From Nitrospirota bacterium (GTDB lineage: Bacteria > Nitrospirota > Nitrospiria > 2-01-FULL-66-17), in the NCBI GenBank assembly GCA_049325335.1, contig JBMOMC010000039.1, positions 1 to 64,000 of the forward strand: 64,000 bases of DNA, given 5' to 3'. Below are positions 25,886 through 35,533 of the stretch, in pieces. The notes beneath the pieces are model-generated. The model ran no database searches, was not told where the DNA came from, and saw only the letters and a program-made list of their open reading frames with translations. Position 1 is the stretch's first letter. Each line of letters opens with the position of its first letter. Made by a program: the position numbers and the translations under genes.

Positions 25886-27244
25886 TCAACCCCATCGGGT
25901 GGCAAGCGTCACGTCCGAGGCGAAGTGCAAATGGATGTAGCTCGCCACCACGTTGCGCCAGCGGTAGCCTTCCACCCCCGCCGGTTCGCCGCGTCGGCCC
26001 GCGACGGCGTAGGCGCGCACGAGTTCCCCGGTCGGTTCCGGCTCATCGACCCATTCCGAATAGTGGAACTCGTGCCCCCGGGCGCGCGCGCCCTTGGCGA
26101 GATGGGGCAGGTCTTCGAGTGCCTCGACCTCGCGGTAGCCGAGCGTTTTGCGCCGGGCCAGCATGCGGACCTCCCCAGGCAACAGCCCGACCATGGGATG
26201 CCGGGCGCCGTCCAAGGTGTGGAGGGCGCGGGTCAGATACATGAGGCCGCCGCACTCGGCGTAGATCGATTTACCCTCTCGACCGAAACGGGCGATCGCC
26301 TCCCGCATGGGCTCCCCCGCGGCGAGCCGCGCCGCGTGTAGCTCCGGGTATCCCCCGCCGAGATAGATCCCGTCCAGGCACGGCGGAAGCGCCTCATCGC
26401 GGAGCGGCGAGAAGAAGATCAACTCGGCCCCGGCTGTCTCCAGGAGATCCAGATTGTCGGGGTAGTAGAACGAGAATGCCTCGTCGCGCGCCACGCCGAT
26501 CCGGCGGCCACGCCGAGGAAGCACCGTCGGCGGCGCCGGGATGTCCAGAGGCGGCGCGCGTTCCGCCAACTCCGTGACCGCGCGCAGATCGAGCCACTCC
26601 CGCGCCAGCGACGCCAGCCGCGACCGCACGTCGTTGGTGAGGATCGTACGATCGGCGCCCACCAGCCCGAGGTGACGCTCGGGGATCGCGATCCCCGCCT
26701 CCTCCGGCAGTCCGCCGACAACCGTGAGCGGGGTGGCCCGCTCGACAGCCTCTTTGAGCCACGCCAGGTGGCGCGCGCTCCCCACCCGGTTGAAGATCAC
26801 ACCCGCGAGCGGCACCTTCCGATCGTACTGCACGCAACCCAGCGCCAGCGCGGCGGCCGTGGTGGCCATCCCCGAGGCATCGATCACCAGCACTACGGGC
26901 GCGGCAAGCCACGTGGCGACCTCGGCCGTGCTGCCCACCGCGCTCACGGGTCCAGCACCATCGAAGAGCCCCATCACCCCTTCGATGATTGAGAGGTCGA
27001 CGCCGTGACTTGCGCGTCCGAAAGACCATCGCACGGCATCCTCGCCCATCATCCACCCGTCGAGGTTGCGGCACGGGAGCCCGGTGGCCAGAGCATGATA
27101 GGTGGGATCGAGATAGTCGGGACCGACCTTGAACGGCTGGATCGTCGCCCCACGCTCACGGAGCGCGAGCATGAGGGCGAGGGTCACGGTGGTCTTGCCC
27201 ACGCCGCTGTGCGTGCCGGCGATGACAAGGCGCGGACAGTTCAT
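25886..27244 (-). CDS. cbiA: Cobyrinate a,c-diamide synthase
   Basis: GTHSGVGKTT, FKVGPDYLDP, EGVMGLFDG, GGGYPE, AECGGLMYL, GHEFHYS. Confidence 0.95.
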   Translation of the reverse strand: MNCPRLVIAGTHSGVGKTTVTLALMLALRERGATIQPFKVGPDYLDPTYHALATGLPCRNLDGWMMGEDAVRWSFGRASHGVDLSIIEGVMGLFDGAGPVSAVGSTAEVATWLAAPVVLVIDASGMATTAAALALGCVQYDRKVPLAGVIFNRVGSARHLAWLKEAVERATPLTVVGGLPEEAGIAIPERHLGLVGADRTILTNDVRSRLASLAREWLDLRAVTELAERAPPLDIPAPPTVLPRRGRRIGVARDEAFSFYYPDNLDLLETAGAELIFFSPLRDEALPPCLDGIYLGGGYPELHAARLAAGEPMREAIARFGREGKSIYAECGGLMYLTRALHTLDGARHPMVGLLPGEVRMLARRKTLGYREVEALEDLPHLAKGARARGHEFHYSEWVDEPEPTGELVRAYAVAGRRGEPAGVEGYRWRNVVASYIHLHFASDVTLATRWG

Positions 27245-28026
27245 GGGATGACGCGCCCGGGAACGGTCGCGCTTCGATAACCGTGCGAGAACGCCGCGTC
27301 GTAGAGGCGCGACCGCGTGCCCTCGGCGGTGAGAAAGCGTCCCACGAAGATCAGAGCGGTCCTGGTGATTTCCGCTTCGCGAATCAACGCGGCGAGGTCG
27401 GAGAGCACGCCCGAGATGATTCGTTCATCGGGCCAACTCGCACGATACACAACCGCCACCGGCGTGTCGGGCGGGTAGGCCGCGAGCAGGTCGGCCTGGA
27501 CCTGTCGCGCGAGATGGGCGGAGAGGAACACCACGAGCGTGGCCTGATGCCGGGCCAGCTCGGCGAGCCGCTCGGTCGGCGGCATCGTGGTGCGGCCTTC
27601 GGCGCGCGTGAGGATCACGGTCTGCGAGACCTCGGGCACCGTCAGCTCGCGGCCCAGCGCGGCCGCGGCGGCGAGGAACGAACTGACGCCGGGCACGACC
27701 TCCACCTCCAGGCCGGCGTCGAGCAAGGGCCGCGCCATCTCGCCGAGCGCCCCGAAGAGGCCGGGGTCGCCGGAGGCCAGCCGCACCACGCGCCGGCCGG
27801 ACAAGGCCGCGCGGACCATCACGTCGACGATGTCCTCCAAGACCATCACCGCGCTGTCGTAGCGCTCGGTTTCCGGATGCAGCAGAGCAAGCAGCTCGGG
27901 GCTTACCAGCGATCCCGCATAGACCACCACGTCGGCCTCCTTGAGCAGCCGGACGCTTTTGACCGTCATCAGTTCGGGGTCGCCAGGACCGGCACCGACG
28001 ATGTGGACGGGATACCGCCCGCTCAT
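27241..28026 (-). CDS. cbiF: Cobalt-precorrin-4 C11-methyltransferase
   Basis: GAGPGDPEL, YAGSLV, ELTVPEVSQTVILTR, SRLYDAAFSHGYR. Confidence 0.93.
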   Translation of the reverse strand: MSGRYPVHIVGAGPGDPELMTVKSVRLLKEADVVVYAGSLVSPELLALLHPETERYDSAVMVLEDIVDVMVRAALSGRRVVRLASGDPGLFGALGEMARPLLDAGLEVEVVPGVSSFLAAAAALGRELTVPEVSQTVILTRAEGRTTMPPTERLAELARHQATLVVFLSAHLARQVQADLLAAYPPDTPVAVVYRASWPDERIISGVLSDLAALIREAEITRTALIFVGRFLTAEGTRSRLYDAAFSHGYRSATVPGRVIP

Positions 28027-28889
28027 GCCGCGCCCGATCCCGTGGGAGTCGTCCCCGGCGTCCATCCCGCGGGCCGCGACAACGAGCGGCCCGGCCGGTC
28101 GATGCCGTGATACAAGAGCTCACCGGACTCGATGTCGTACTTGTTGGTATACCCACGCGGGGTGACCAGGTAGTCTCCGAACCGGGTCGTGTTCGAGTTG
28201 CCGATGAGGATCGTGGTCAGCATGCCCACCTCGGCGTCCTTCATGCGATCCAGCACCGACAGCACGATTCGCTCGCCCTCGCGATACGCGCTCTTGACCA
28301 CCGCGATCGGCGTCTCAGGTGCCTTGTACTGACGGAGGATCTCCTGCGCCCGGCCCAATTGCCAGGTCCGCCGCTTGCTCTGCGGGTTGTAGAGCGCGAT
28401 GACGAAGTCCCCGCGCCCCGCGGCGTCCAGTCGCCGCTCGATCACCTCCCACGGCGTAAGCAGATCACTCAAGCTGACCGCGGCGAAGTCATGGGTCAGC
28501 GGCGCGCCGACGCGGGCCGCGACCGACGACAGCGCAGTGACTCCCGGAATGACCTCGACCGGAAAATCGACGCCCGCCTTCCACCCCGTCTCGCGCAAGA
28601 CCTCGAACACCAGGCCCGCCATGCCGTAGATCCCCACGTCGCCGCTGGACACGACGGCCACCTTGCGCCCCGCCCGCGCCGCCTCGACGGCGGCCCGGGC
28701 GCGCTCGATCTCCTCGGTCATCCCGGTGGACACGATCTCCTTGCCGTCCAGGAGATCGGCCACCAGGTCGATATAGGTCCGGTATCCGACCACGACCTCG
28801 GCCTCCCGGATCGCCTCGCGGGCACGGATGGTGAGATGCTCGCCGTGGCCGGGTCCGAAGCCGACCAGCGATAATGCGCCTTGCGTCAT
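28023..28889 (-). CDS. cbiH: Precorrin-3B C17-methyltransferase
   Basis: GFGPG, SSGDVGIYGMAG, HDFAAVSLSDLLTPW, TPRGY. Confidence 0.93.
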   Translation of the reverse strand: MTQGALSLVGFGPGHGEHLTIRAREAIREAEVVVGYRTYIDLVADLLDGKEIVSTGMTEEIERARAAVEAARAGRKVAVVSSGDVGIYGMAGLVFEVLRETGWKAGVDFPVEVIPGVTALSSVAARVGAPLTHDFAAVSLSDLLTPWEVIERRLDAAGRGDFVIALYNPQSKRRTWQLGRAQEILRQYKAPETPIAVVKSAYREGERIVLSVLDRMKDAEVGMLTTILIGNSNTTRFGDYLVTPRGYTNKYDIESGELLYHGIDRPGRSLSRPAGWTPGTTPTGSGAA

Positions 28890-28909
28890 CGCGTCTCTCC
28901 TTGTTTCTC

Positions 28910-29986
28910 TCAGAAGACGATTCGGCTGACCGCGAGTGTCGCCTTGGTCGATTTGACCTTGGGCACCAGCAGCCGGTCGGCGCCGGCGTAGACCAAGGAC
29001 GCCGCCTCGGAGACGCTGGGCACGCCGACCCACTTGCGCACCGTCTCCGACGGGTTCTCCACCGCCTGGACGTTCTCCAACTTATCTCTGGTATAGACCT
29101 TGAAATCCCATCCATACGTCTCGCACAGGCGGATCAGCGCCGGCTCGTCCCGCTTCTGCTCGATCGTCGCCACCGCCTTCACACTCGCGAGCGCCAAGCC
29201 GTGCCGCGCCAGCGTCTCGTTGACGAGGTCGTCCACTTCCTCGAAGCTCGCGCCACGATCGCACCCCATCCCCAGCACCAGGCTCTTGGGGCGATAGATC
29301 ACGCAGCGCGACGCAGCGGGCGGCGGGAGGTCGAGCGCGCGATCGCTCACGATCAGGTACGCGCCGAACACCGCACCTGCCACCTCGTCCAGCGAGGCGA
29401 ACCGCTTGATCTGCGGCGGCAACGGCGTGTCCCGCGTCCACCAGGTCTTCTCCCCGGCTTCCTGAATGAACGCGATCGGCTCTTCGTTGACCACCGCGGC
29501 GCTCACCCGCGTCACGTTCGCTTCGCCCTCGAGCGTCCACCCCAGTTCCCGGCCCAGGATATCCACCGGGATCGTCTTGCCCACGTCCGACGCAGTGGTA
29601 ATGACCGGCGTCGCGCCGAAGATCCGGGCCACCTGCTCGGTGAAGGCGTTGGCCCCGCCCACGTGCCCCGACAGCACGCTGATGACGAATTGCGCGCGGT
29701 CGTCCACCACCAGCACGCCCGGATCCACGTGCTTGTCCTTGAGATGCGGGGCGATCAAACGCACCACCGCGCCAAGCGACACGAAGAAGACGATCTGCTG
29801 GTAGCGGTGAAAGAACCGGGCGACCTCGTCCTTGAGCGGGGCCTCCATCGCGATCACTCCTGGCTCCTCGCCGACGAGAAACTTCTTCGATGCGAGCAGC
29901 TCGCTGTCCGGCAGCGCCGCGTGGAGACGCCGGGCCAGCGCCAGACCGTGCTTGGTAATCGCCACGATCGCCACGTCGGCCATCAC
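28910..29986 (-). CDS. cbiG: Cobalt-precorrin-5A hydrolase
   Basis: DKHVDPGVLVVD, LSGHVGGAN, ITTASD, LGMGCDRG, SVSEAA. Confidence 0.93.
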   Translation of the reverse strand: MMADVAIVAITKHGLALARRLHAALPDSELLASKKFLVGEEPGVIAMEAPLKDEVARFFHRYQQIVFFVSLGAVVRLIAPHLKDKHVDPGVLVVDDRAQFVISVLSGHVGGANAFTEQVARIFGATPVITTASDVGKTIPVDILGRELGWTLEGEANVTRVSAAVVNEEPIAFIQEAGEKTWWTRDTPLPPQIKRFASLDEVAGAVFGAYLIVSDRALDLPPPAASRCVIYRPKSLVLGMGCDRGASFEEVDDLVNETLARHGLALASVKAVATIEQKRDEPALIRLCETYGWDFKVYTRDKLENVQAVENPSETVRKWVGVPSVSEAASLVYAGADRLLVPKVKSTKATLAVSRIVF

Positions 29987-30708
29987 GGCACTCCTTTCTT
30001 CACGATCACCAGCGAGAGATAATTGAGCCGCTCGCCCTCGAGCCGCCGGAGGTCGGTGATCACCCGCTCCTCGGGACTGCCGCAGCGCTCGACGAAGACA
30101 GCCCGATCGATCAATCCCAGTTTCTCCAGCAGGGTGATCACCTTGGGCATCACGCTGTTCACCTTCAGCAGGACCACCGTGTCGAAATCCTCCAGCGCGC
30201 GCAGCAGAAACCCGTCGTCATAGGTAGCGGGCAGCACCGCCAGCCGCTCGTCCGCCATGGCGAGCGGCGTGCCCGTTCGCGCGGACGCGGCCATCGGAGA
30301 CGCCACCGCCGGAATCACCTCGATAGTCACCTGGGGATACTGCCGGCGAATGATGCGATCCATGTAGACGAACGTGCTGTAGAAAAACGGATCGCCCTCC
30401 GTGATGAAGGCCACGTCGCGTCCGGCGAGCAGGTCCTTGGCCATGGTTGCTGCCGACTCTTCCCAGATCGGTCGGAGGCGCTCCATGTCCTTTTCCATAG
30501 GAAACAGCAAACCGGTGAACGACTGATCCGGGCGCACATAGCGATGGATGATCTTGGACGCGTAACTCTTCGCCCCCGGCGCGCAGGCCGGGTAGTAGAT
30601 CGTAGAGACGGATTGGAGGACGCGCTGGGCCTTCAGCGTCAGCAGCTCGGGGTCCCCGGGCCCGACCCCCACCCCGTAGAACACCCCGGTCTTAGCGATC
30701 GGTTCCAT
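29983..30708 (-). CDS. cbiL: Precorrin-2/cobalt-factor-II C20-methyltransferase
   Basis: GVGVGPGDPELLTLKA, LFPM, ITEGDPFFYSTF. Confidence 0.92.
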   Translation of the reverse strand: MEPIAKTGVFYGVGVGPGDPELLTLKAQRVLQSVSTIYYPACAPGAKSYASKIIHRYVRPDQSFTGLLFPMEKDMERLRPIWEESAATMAKDLLAGRDVAFITEGDPFFYSTFVYMDRIIRRQYPQVTIEVIPAVASPMAASARTGTPLAMADERLAVLPATYDDGFLLRALEDFDTVVLLKVNSVMPKVITLLEKLGLIDRAVFVERCGSPEERVITDLRRLEGERLNYLSLVIVKKGVP

Positions 30709-31330
30709 TTGCCATCTCCTTCGGAGGTTTCATCGCCGTCACGATCGTGACGGGGTTAAGCGCGTCGTAACGAGTCAGGTTCAAGATGGGCTTGGAACGC
30801 GAGATCTGTACCAACGTGTAGTCCACCGGCCAGTTGAGCTGCTTGCAATACCCCACGGTCTCGGCCAGATTGTCCAACGTGACCAGGTTGATCACCAGAC
30901 GCCCGCCGGGCCGCATTCGTCTCGTCACCGCGTCGAGCAGCTCGGCCATCACACCTCCGCTGCCCCCGATGAACACGGCATCGGGATCGGGCCACGCCTC
31001 CAGCCCCGCCGGCGCCTTCCCGCAGACGCCGGTGAGGTTCGTCACGCCGAAGCGCTCGCAATTGGTTTGCACCAGCGCGAAGTCGTCGGGGTTCTTCTCG
31101 ATCGCAAAGATCCGCCCTTGCGGGCAGAGCCGCGCCGCCTCGATGCCCACCGAACCGGAGCCCGCCCCGATGTCCCATACCACACTGTCGGCCGCCAACT
31201 CCATCCGGGCCAAACTCAGCACGCGGATCTCACGTTTGGTGATGAGCCCCTTCTCGGGCGACCGGTAGACGAATGCGTCGTCGGGCAGGCCGAAACGCGT
31301 CACGGGGTACGTCTGGGCAAGCGTGGTCAT
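30692..31330 (-). CDS. cbiT: Cobalt-precorrin-6B C15-methyltransferase/decarboxylase
   Basis: FGLPDDAF, ITKREIR, WDIGAGSGSVGIE, FIGGSGG. Confidence 0.92.
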   Translation of the reverse strand: MTTLAQTYPVTRFGLPDDAFVYRSPEKGLITKREIRVLSLARMELAADSVVWDIGAGSGSVGIEAARLCPQGRIFAIEKNPDDFALVQTNCERFGVTNLTGVCGKAPAGLEAWPDPDAVFIGGSGGVMAELLDAVTRRMRPGGRLVINLVTLDNLAETVGYCKQLNWPVDYTLVQISRSKPILNLTRYDALNPVTIVTAMKPPKEMANGTDR

Positions 31331-31956
31331 GGGATCCTCCGTAAAATGACGACATTGAGCGATGCAAACGCGCCGTCGGCCATGGCCTCGAGCGACCCGG
31401 CCCACACGCGCTCGTCTTCGCCGTCGAGATGTTCGCAGACCGAGGCCGAGTACCCGCCGCCCATGCCGATCACGTATCTCGCGACGGCGTTCGGCGTGTT
31501 CGTCTCATCGGTGAAGATGCCGATCGGCGTGGCCGCGCGCTCGATCACCGGTTTGAAATCCTCGATCGGCTTTGCGTGCAGGCTCACCAACGCCGCGTCG
31601 TGCCACGGCTGGCCCAGCCGCGCGAACGCCGCCTGCATCGCCGTCACGTGCGGATGGATGACCACCCGCGCCGCGCCCAGCCTGCCCACAAGGTACCCCC
31701 CGATCCCGTAAAAGAGCGGATCGCCCGAAGCCAGGACCACGACCGTTCGGCCCTCTCGTGACGCGCGATCGACCCTCCCGGCGATTTCCTTGAGATTGGC
31801 GCCGACCTCGATCCGCTCGGTGCCCACGTTGGGGAAGAACGCCAGATGCCGCCGGCCGCCGACCAGCACGTCGGTCGATTCGATTGCGGCAATCCGCTTG
31901 GCCGGCAGGCCCTGGGCGCCATCATCCCCAATGCCGATGATGTAAATGGGCGTCAT
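31327..31956 (-). CDS. cbiE: Cobalt-precorrin-7 C5-methyltransferase
   Basis: IGIGDDG, GGRRHL, LASGDPLFYGIG. Confidence 0.92.
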   Translation of the reverse strand: MTPIYIIGIGDDGAQGLPAKRIAAIESTDVLVGGRRHLAFFPNVGTERIEVGANLKEIAGRVDRASREGRTVVVLASGDPLFYGIGGYLVGRLGAARVVIHPHVTAMQAAFARLGQPWHDAALVSLHAKPIEDFKPVIERAATPIGIFTDETNTPNAVARYVIGMGGGYSASVCEHLDGEDERVWAGSLEAMADGAFASLNVVILRRIP

Positions 31957-33044
31957 GCCGTGGTGGCCCGGCCGATCAGCCGGCCTTCGAAGTCGGTCAA
32001 CAGGCACTCGACCGCGAGCGCGCCCTTCACGTGGCGCGATGCGGCGGTGCAGACTCGCTCGGCGAGCCGGTCAAAAAAACCGTCGACGCCGTGTTCGGCG
32101 ACCAATTCCGCCACATGCCGCGCGGTGTTGGCCGACCGGATCGCCACGAGCGCCGATTCACCCGCCCCGCACTCCGCGGCGAGCGCGGCGAGAAACTCGG
32201 TGTCCACGTCCGATCCCGCCGCATGGGTCTGCATCGTGCCCTTGGCCATTTTGGACAGCTTGCCGATCATGCCCGAGATCGTGACGCGCTTCACGTGCCG
32301 TTTCACCGCCGCCTGCAACGCGAAGCCCACGAAATCTCCCATTTGGATGAACGCCGCCTCGGGGACGTCGACCAGTGTCCGGGCAAAGCGCTCGCTCATG
32401 CCGCCGGTCGTCAGCACCAGGTGCCGGTGGCCGTTGGCCGCCGCCATCGCCACCGCGACGCTGATCCCCGCCCGAAACGCCGCGGTGGAATAGGGCGTCA
32501 CGATCCCGGTGGTGCCGAGGATCGCCACCCCGCCCACCACCCCCAGACGCGGCAGTTCGGTCTTCTTCGCCAGTTCCGCCCCGCCCGGCACCGACAACAC
32601 CACCCGGACGCCCCGCATCCGCAGCGCGTCCCCGGCCGCGTCCGACACGGCCTGCGTGATCATCTTGCGCGGCACGCGCGTGATGTCCGGCGCGCCCACG
32701 TCGAGACCCAGACCGGGCTTGGTGACGACGCCCACGCCCTCCCCGGCCTCCAGCCGGACCGCGCCCGGCTCGTCGATCCACGAGACGGTCGCGCGGATCA
32801 GCGCCCGGTTGGTCACGTCAGGGTCATCGCCGGCGTCTTTGACGATCCCGCAGGTCACCCAGTCCACTTCGGGCACGCACTCGGCAATCGGAAACGACAC
32901 GGTCTCACCGATCGGCAAGGCCAGCGCCACATGGTCCGGCGTGGGGCCGCCGGCCAGAACGCCCGTCGCGGCCTTGGCCGCCGCCGCGGCGCACGCCCCG
33001 GTGGTGTAGCCGGTGCGCATCCCCTTGCGTCGGGCGTCTGCCAT
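31953..33044 (-). CDS. cbiD: Cobalt-precorrin-5B C1-methyltransferase
   Basis: RTGYTTGACAAAA, KDAGDDPDVT, ILGTTGIV. Confidence 0.95.
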   Translation of the reverse strand: MADARRKGMRTGYTTGACAAAAAKAATGVLAGGPTPDHVALALPIGETVSFPIAECVPEVDWVTCGIVKDAGDDPDVTNRALIRATVSWIDEPGAVRLEAGEGVGVVTKPGLGLDVGAPDITRVPRKMITQAVSDAAGDALRMRGVRVVLSVPGGAELAKKTELPRLGVVGGVAILGTTGIVTPYSTAAFRAGISVAVAMAAANGHRHLVLTTGGMSERFARTLVDVPEAAFIQMGDFVGFALQAAVKRHVKRVTISGMIGKLSKMAKGTMQTHAAGSDVDTEFLAALAAECGAGESALVAIRSANTARHVAELVAEHGVDGFFDRLAERVCTAASRHVKGALAVECLLTDFEGRLIGRATTA

Positions 33045-33046
33045 CC

Positions 33047-33466
33047 CTACCCACGACGAACCAACCCCAGCAGCACGCCAAGGACCGCCACCAGGGCCCC
33101 TCCGCGGAGCAGTTCGGGCCACACGAGATGGTAGCGCTCGGGGTGCACCGCCCCCAGCGCGGCTCCCGCCGCGACGAAGGCGATCCAGACCGCACCCGTC
33201 ACGCCCAGCGACCACGCCACCCGGCTGCGCCGATCGGCGGGGCCGACCAGCGCCAGGATCAGCGCCACGGTGAGCGCCATGAGGGCTCCGCCGGCGGTAA
33301 ACGCCGCGAGGTTGGTCGCGAGGTCTCCCTCCAGTTCGGGCCATCCGCTGGCCACGACGACGCCGAGGTTCGCAAGCCCCCACACCGCGCCGATGCCCAG
33401 GCTGGCCCCGATCGCCGGGACCGCGGGCGAGGGCCTGGTCTGCTCCGTTACGCCTCGGGCGCCCAT
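33047..33466 (-). CDS. Four-TM membrane protein (possible CbtA-like cobalt transporter partner)
   Basis: Hydrophobic ORF translationally coupled (TGATG) to the cbtB-like gene. Confidence 0.5.
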   Translation of the reverse strand: MGARGVTEQTRPSPAVPAIGASLGIGAVWGLANLGVVVASGWPELEGDLATNLAAFTAGGALMALTVALILALVGPADRRSRVAWSLGVTGAVWIAFVAAGAALGAVHPERYHLVWPELLRGGALVAVLGVLLGLVRRG

Positions 33467-33648
33467 CAGTGGCACGCCATGCCGAGGCTGTGCCGGTAGC
33501 TGTGCAGCCCGTCGTGCGCCCACGCCCCCGCGAACGACGGCCCGAACATGACCACCGCCTGCATCAACAACATCACACCCAGCGCCAACACGATGCTGAG
33601 AGGCGCGCGTCGGACCGCCGGAGCCGTATGCGTCAACGTCTGTTCCAT
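33466..33648 (-). CDS. cbtB: CbtB-like cobalt transporter subunit
   Basis: One TM plus His-rich HDGLHSYRHSLGMACH C-terminus; AGGAGG RBS. Confidence 0.8.
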   Translation of the reverse strand: MEQTLTHTAPAVRRAPLSIVLALGVMLLMQAVVMFGPSFAGAWAHDGLHSYRHSLGMACH

Positions 33649-33662
33649 TTGAATTCCTCCTT

Positions 33663-33696
33663 TTGAACGGCTTGAACCCTTTGAACCGCTTTGACC
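33663..33696 (+). repeat. Short TTGAACnnn tandem repeat
   Basis: TTGAACGGC TTGAACCCT TTGAACCGCT TTGACC in the cbiC-cbtB spacer. Confidence 0.6.
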
Positions 33697-33697
33697 C

Positions 33698-34321
33698 TCA
33701 CGCCATCTTCAATAACGCGTTGACCGTCGCCACCGCCGTCGGCGTGCCGCCCTTGCGGCCCAGCGCGGTGATGAACGGCCAATCCAGGCCCGCGAGCGCC
33801 TCCTTCGACTCGGCCGCCGACACAAAGCCCACCGGCACCCCGACCACGAGATCCGGACGGGCCTCGCCCGCCTGGATGAGCCGGATCACCTCGAACAGCG
33901 CGGTGGGCGCGTTGCCGATCGCGTAGACTCCCCCTGGGACTTCCCGCGCCGCCTTGCGCATCGACATGATCGCCCGGGTCACGCCGGCCGCCTTGGCCTC
34001 GGCGATCACGTCCGCATCGGAAATGAAGCACCGCACGCGGCCGCCGAACCGCGCCAGACCGGCCTTGCTGATGCCCGCCTGCACCATCTCCACGTCGGCC
34101 ACCACGTCCCCGCCGCACCGCAACGCCTCCAGCCCCGCGGCGATCGCCCGCGGGTGGAAGCGCAACCGTTGGGCGAACTCGAAATCGGCCGAGGCGTGGA
34201 TCACCCGTCGGACGATCTGAAATTCCGCGGCGCCGAACTCGTGCGGGCCCAGTTCCTCCTCGATGATCCGAAAGCTCTCCGCCTCGATCCGCTCGGGATC
34301 GACAATCAGAGGAAAGGTCAT
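33698..34321 (-). CDS. cbiC: Precorrin-8X methylmutase
   Basis: IEAESFRII, AIGNAPTAL, PVGFVSAAESK, GRKGG. Confidence 0.95.
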   Translation of the reverse strand: MTFPLIVDPERIEAESFRIIEEELGPHEFGAAEFQIVRRVIHASADFEFAQRLRFHPRAIAAGLEALRCGGDVVADVEMVQAGISKAGLARFGGRVRCFISDADVIAEAKAAGVTRAIMSMRKAAREVPGGVYAIGNAPTALFEVIRLIQAGEARPDLVVGVPVGFVSAAESKEALAGLDWPFITALGRKGGTPTAVATVNALLKMA

Positions 34322-34695
34322 GGCGGTCCCTCTCGGTCGAGGCTGCACAGCGCGTCGGCCGCTCGATGAAAGACCAACTCCTCCACCGGCCGTCCGCCGA
34401 CGAGGTGCTCGTCCACGATCCGGTCCAAGGCATCCGACGTGACCCGGCAATACCACACGCCGTCCGGGTACACGACCACGATCGGTCCCTCCTTGCAGAT
34501 CGCAAAACATTGGCACTTAGTTCGCTTCACCCGCCGCGCCCCCTCGTCGAGCCCCGCGGCCGCCAACCGGTCGCGGAGCGTATCGAATAGCTGTTCGGAC
34601 CGTCCCGTTTCCGCGCAGCGGCCCTTCACACACACCAGGATGTGGCGCGCGAACGGCTTGAGCGCGGGCTTGGGAATCGTGGAGTTACTGTCCAT
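34318..34695 (-). CDS. Thioredoxin-like [2Fe-2S] ferredoxin (CbiW-like)
   Basis: HILVC..RC, CFAICKEGPIVVVYPDGVWY. Confidence 0.85.
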   Translation of the reverse strand: MDSNSTIPKPALKPFARHILVCVKGRCAETGRSEQLFDTLRDRLAAAGLDEGARRVKRTKCQCFAICKEGPIVVVYPDGVWYCRVTSDALDRIVDEHLVGGRPVEELVFHRAADALCSLDREGPP

Positions 34696-35533
34696 GCCCA
34701 GGCGTCTTCGCGCCGTGGAACACCAGATCGGGATCGCGGTACTTGCACGTGTCGCACGACATGAGGATCGGGCCTTCGAGCGTTTCCCGAGCGCGCTGCT
34801 CCACCACGTCCAGAAACGCGGGATGCCGCCCCAGGTAGTCGCCGGCCGCGATCTCCACGCCCACCGCGGCCGCGGCGGCCTCGGCCACGATCCGATGGAT
34901 GCGCTTGATCAACACGCCGGTGAAGATGAAGTACGGGATGGCGATCACGCGGCGCGCCCCGAGGCGCAGGCAGCGGTCGAGGCCCGCGGGCAGATCAGGC
35001 TCGGTGACGCCGATAAAACAGATCTCCACCCACCCGTAGCGGGTGCGCTCCCAGTAGAGCCGCGCGATCTTCAGCAGGTCGCCGTTGGCGTCGGGGTCGG
35101 AACTGCCGCGCCCCACCAGCAGGATCGCGGTCTCGCGCCGGTCGCGGGGAGGCAAACCGTGCTCAACGGCCTGCACGCGTTCATCCACAACATCCAGCAG
35201 CACGGGGTGGATGCCGAGCGGCGGCCCGTAGTGAAACCGCACCCGTGGATGGCGCTCGCGCGCCCGCAGCATCTCGCGGGGCACGTCGGTCTTGGCGTGG
35301 CCGGCCGCGAAAAACAGCAGGGGCAGCACGACCACGTCTTCGTGGCCGTCGCGCACGCAACGGTCCAGTTCGTCGGTAATCGACGGTTCGGCCAGTTCGA
35401 CGAACGCCGAGTAGACGGCACGCTCGGGCCGACGGCGCTTCAATCGCTCGGCCATCGCCAAGAATTCCTCGTTGCCCTCGGCGTCGCGGCTGCCGTGCCC
35501 CACAAGGAAAAGAGCGGGATTGATGGTCATCAT
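34685..35533 (-). CDS. cbiX: Sirohydrochlorin cobaltochelatase, long form
   Basis: VGHGSR, AAGHAKTDVP, VGRGSSD, C-terminal MSCDTCKYR. Confidence 0.9.
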   Translation of the reverse strand: MMTINPALFLVGHGSRDAEGNEEFLAMAERLKRRRPERAVYSAFVELAEPSITDELDRCVRDGHEDVVVLPLLFFAAGHAKTDVPREMLRARERHPRVRFHYGPPLGIHPVLLDVVDERVQAVEHGLPPRDRRETAILLVGRGSSDPDANGDLLKIARLYWERTRYGWVEICFIGVTEPDLPAGLDRCLRLGARRVIAIPYFIFTGVLIKRIHRIVAEAAAAAVGVEIAAGDYLGRHPAFLDVVEQRARETLEGPILMSCDTCKYRDPDLVFHGAKTPGHGQ

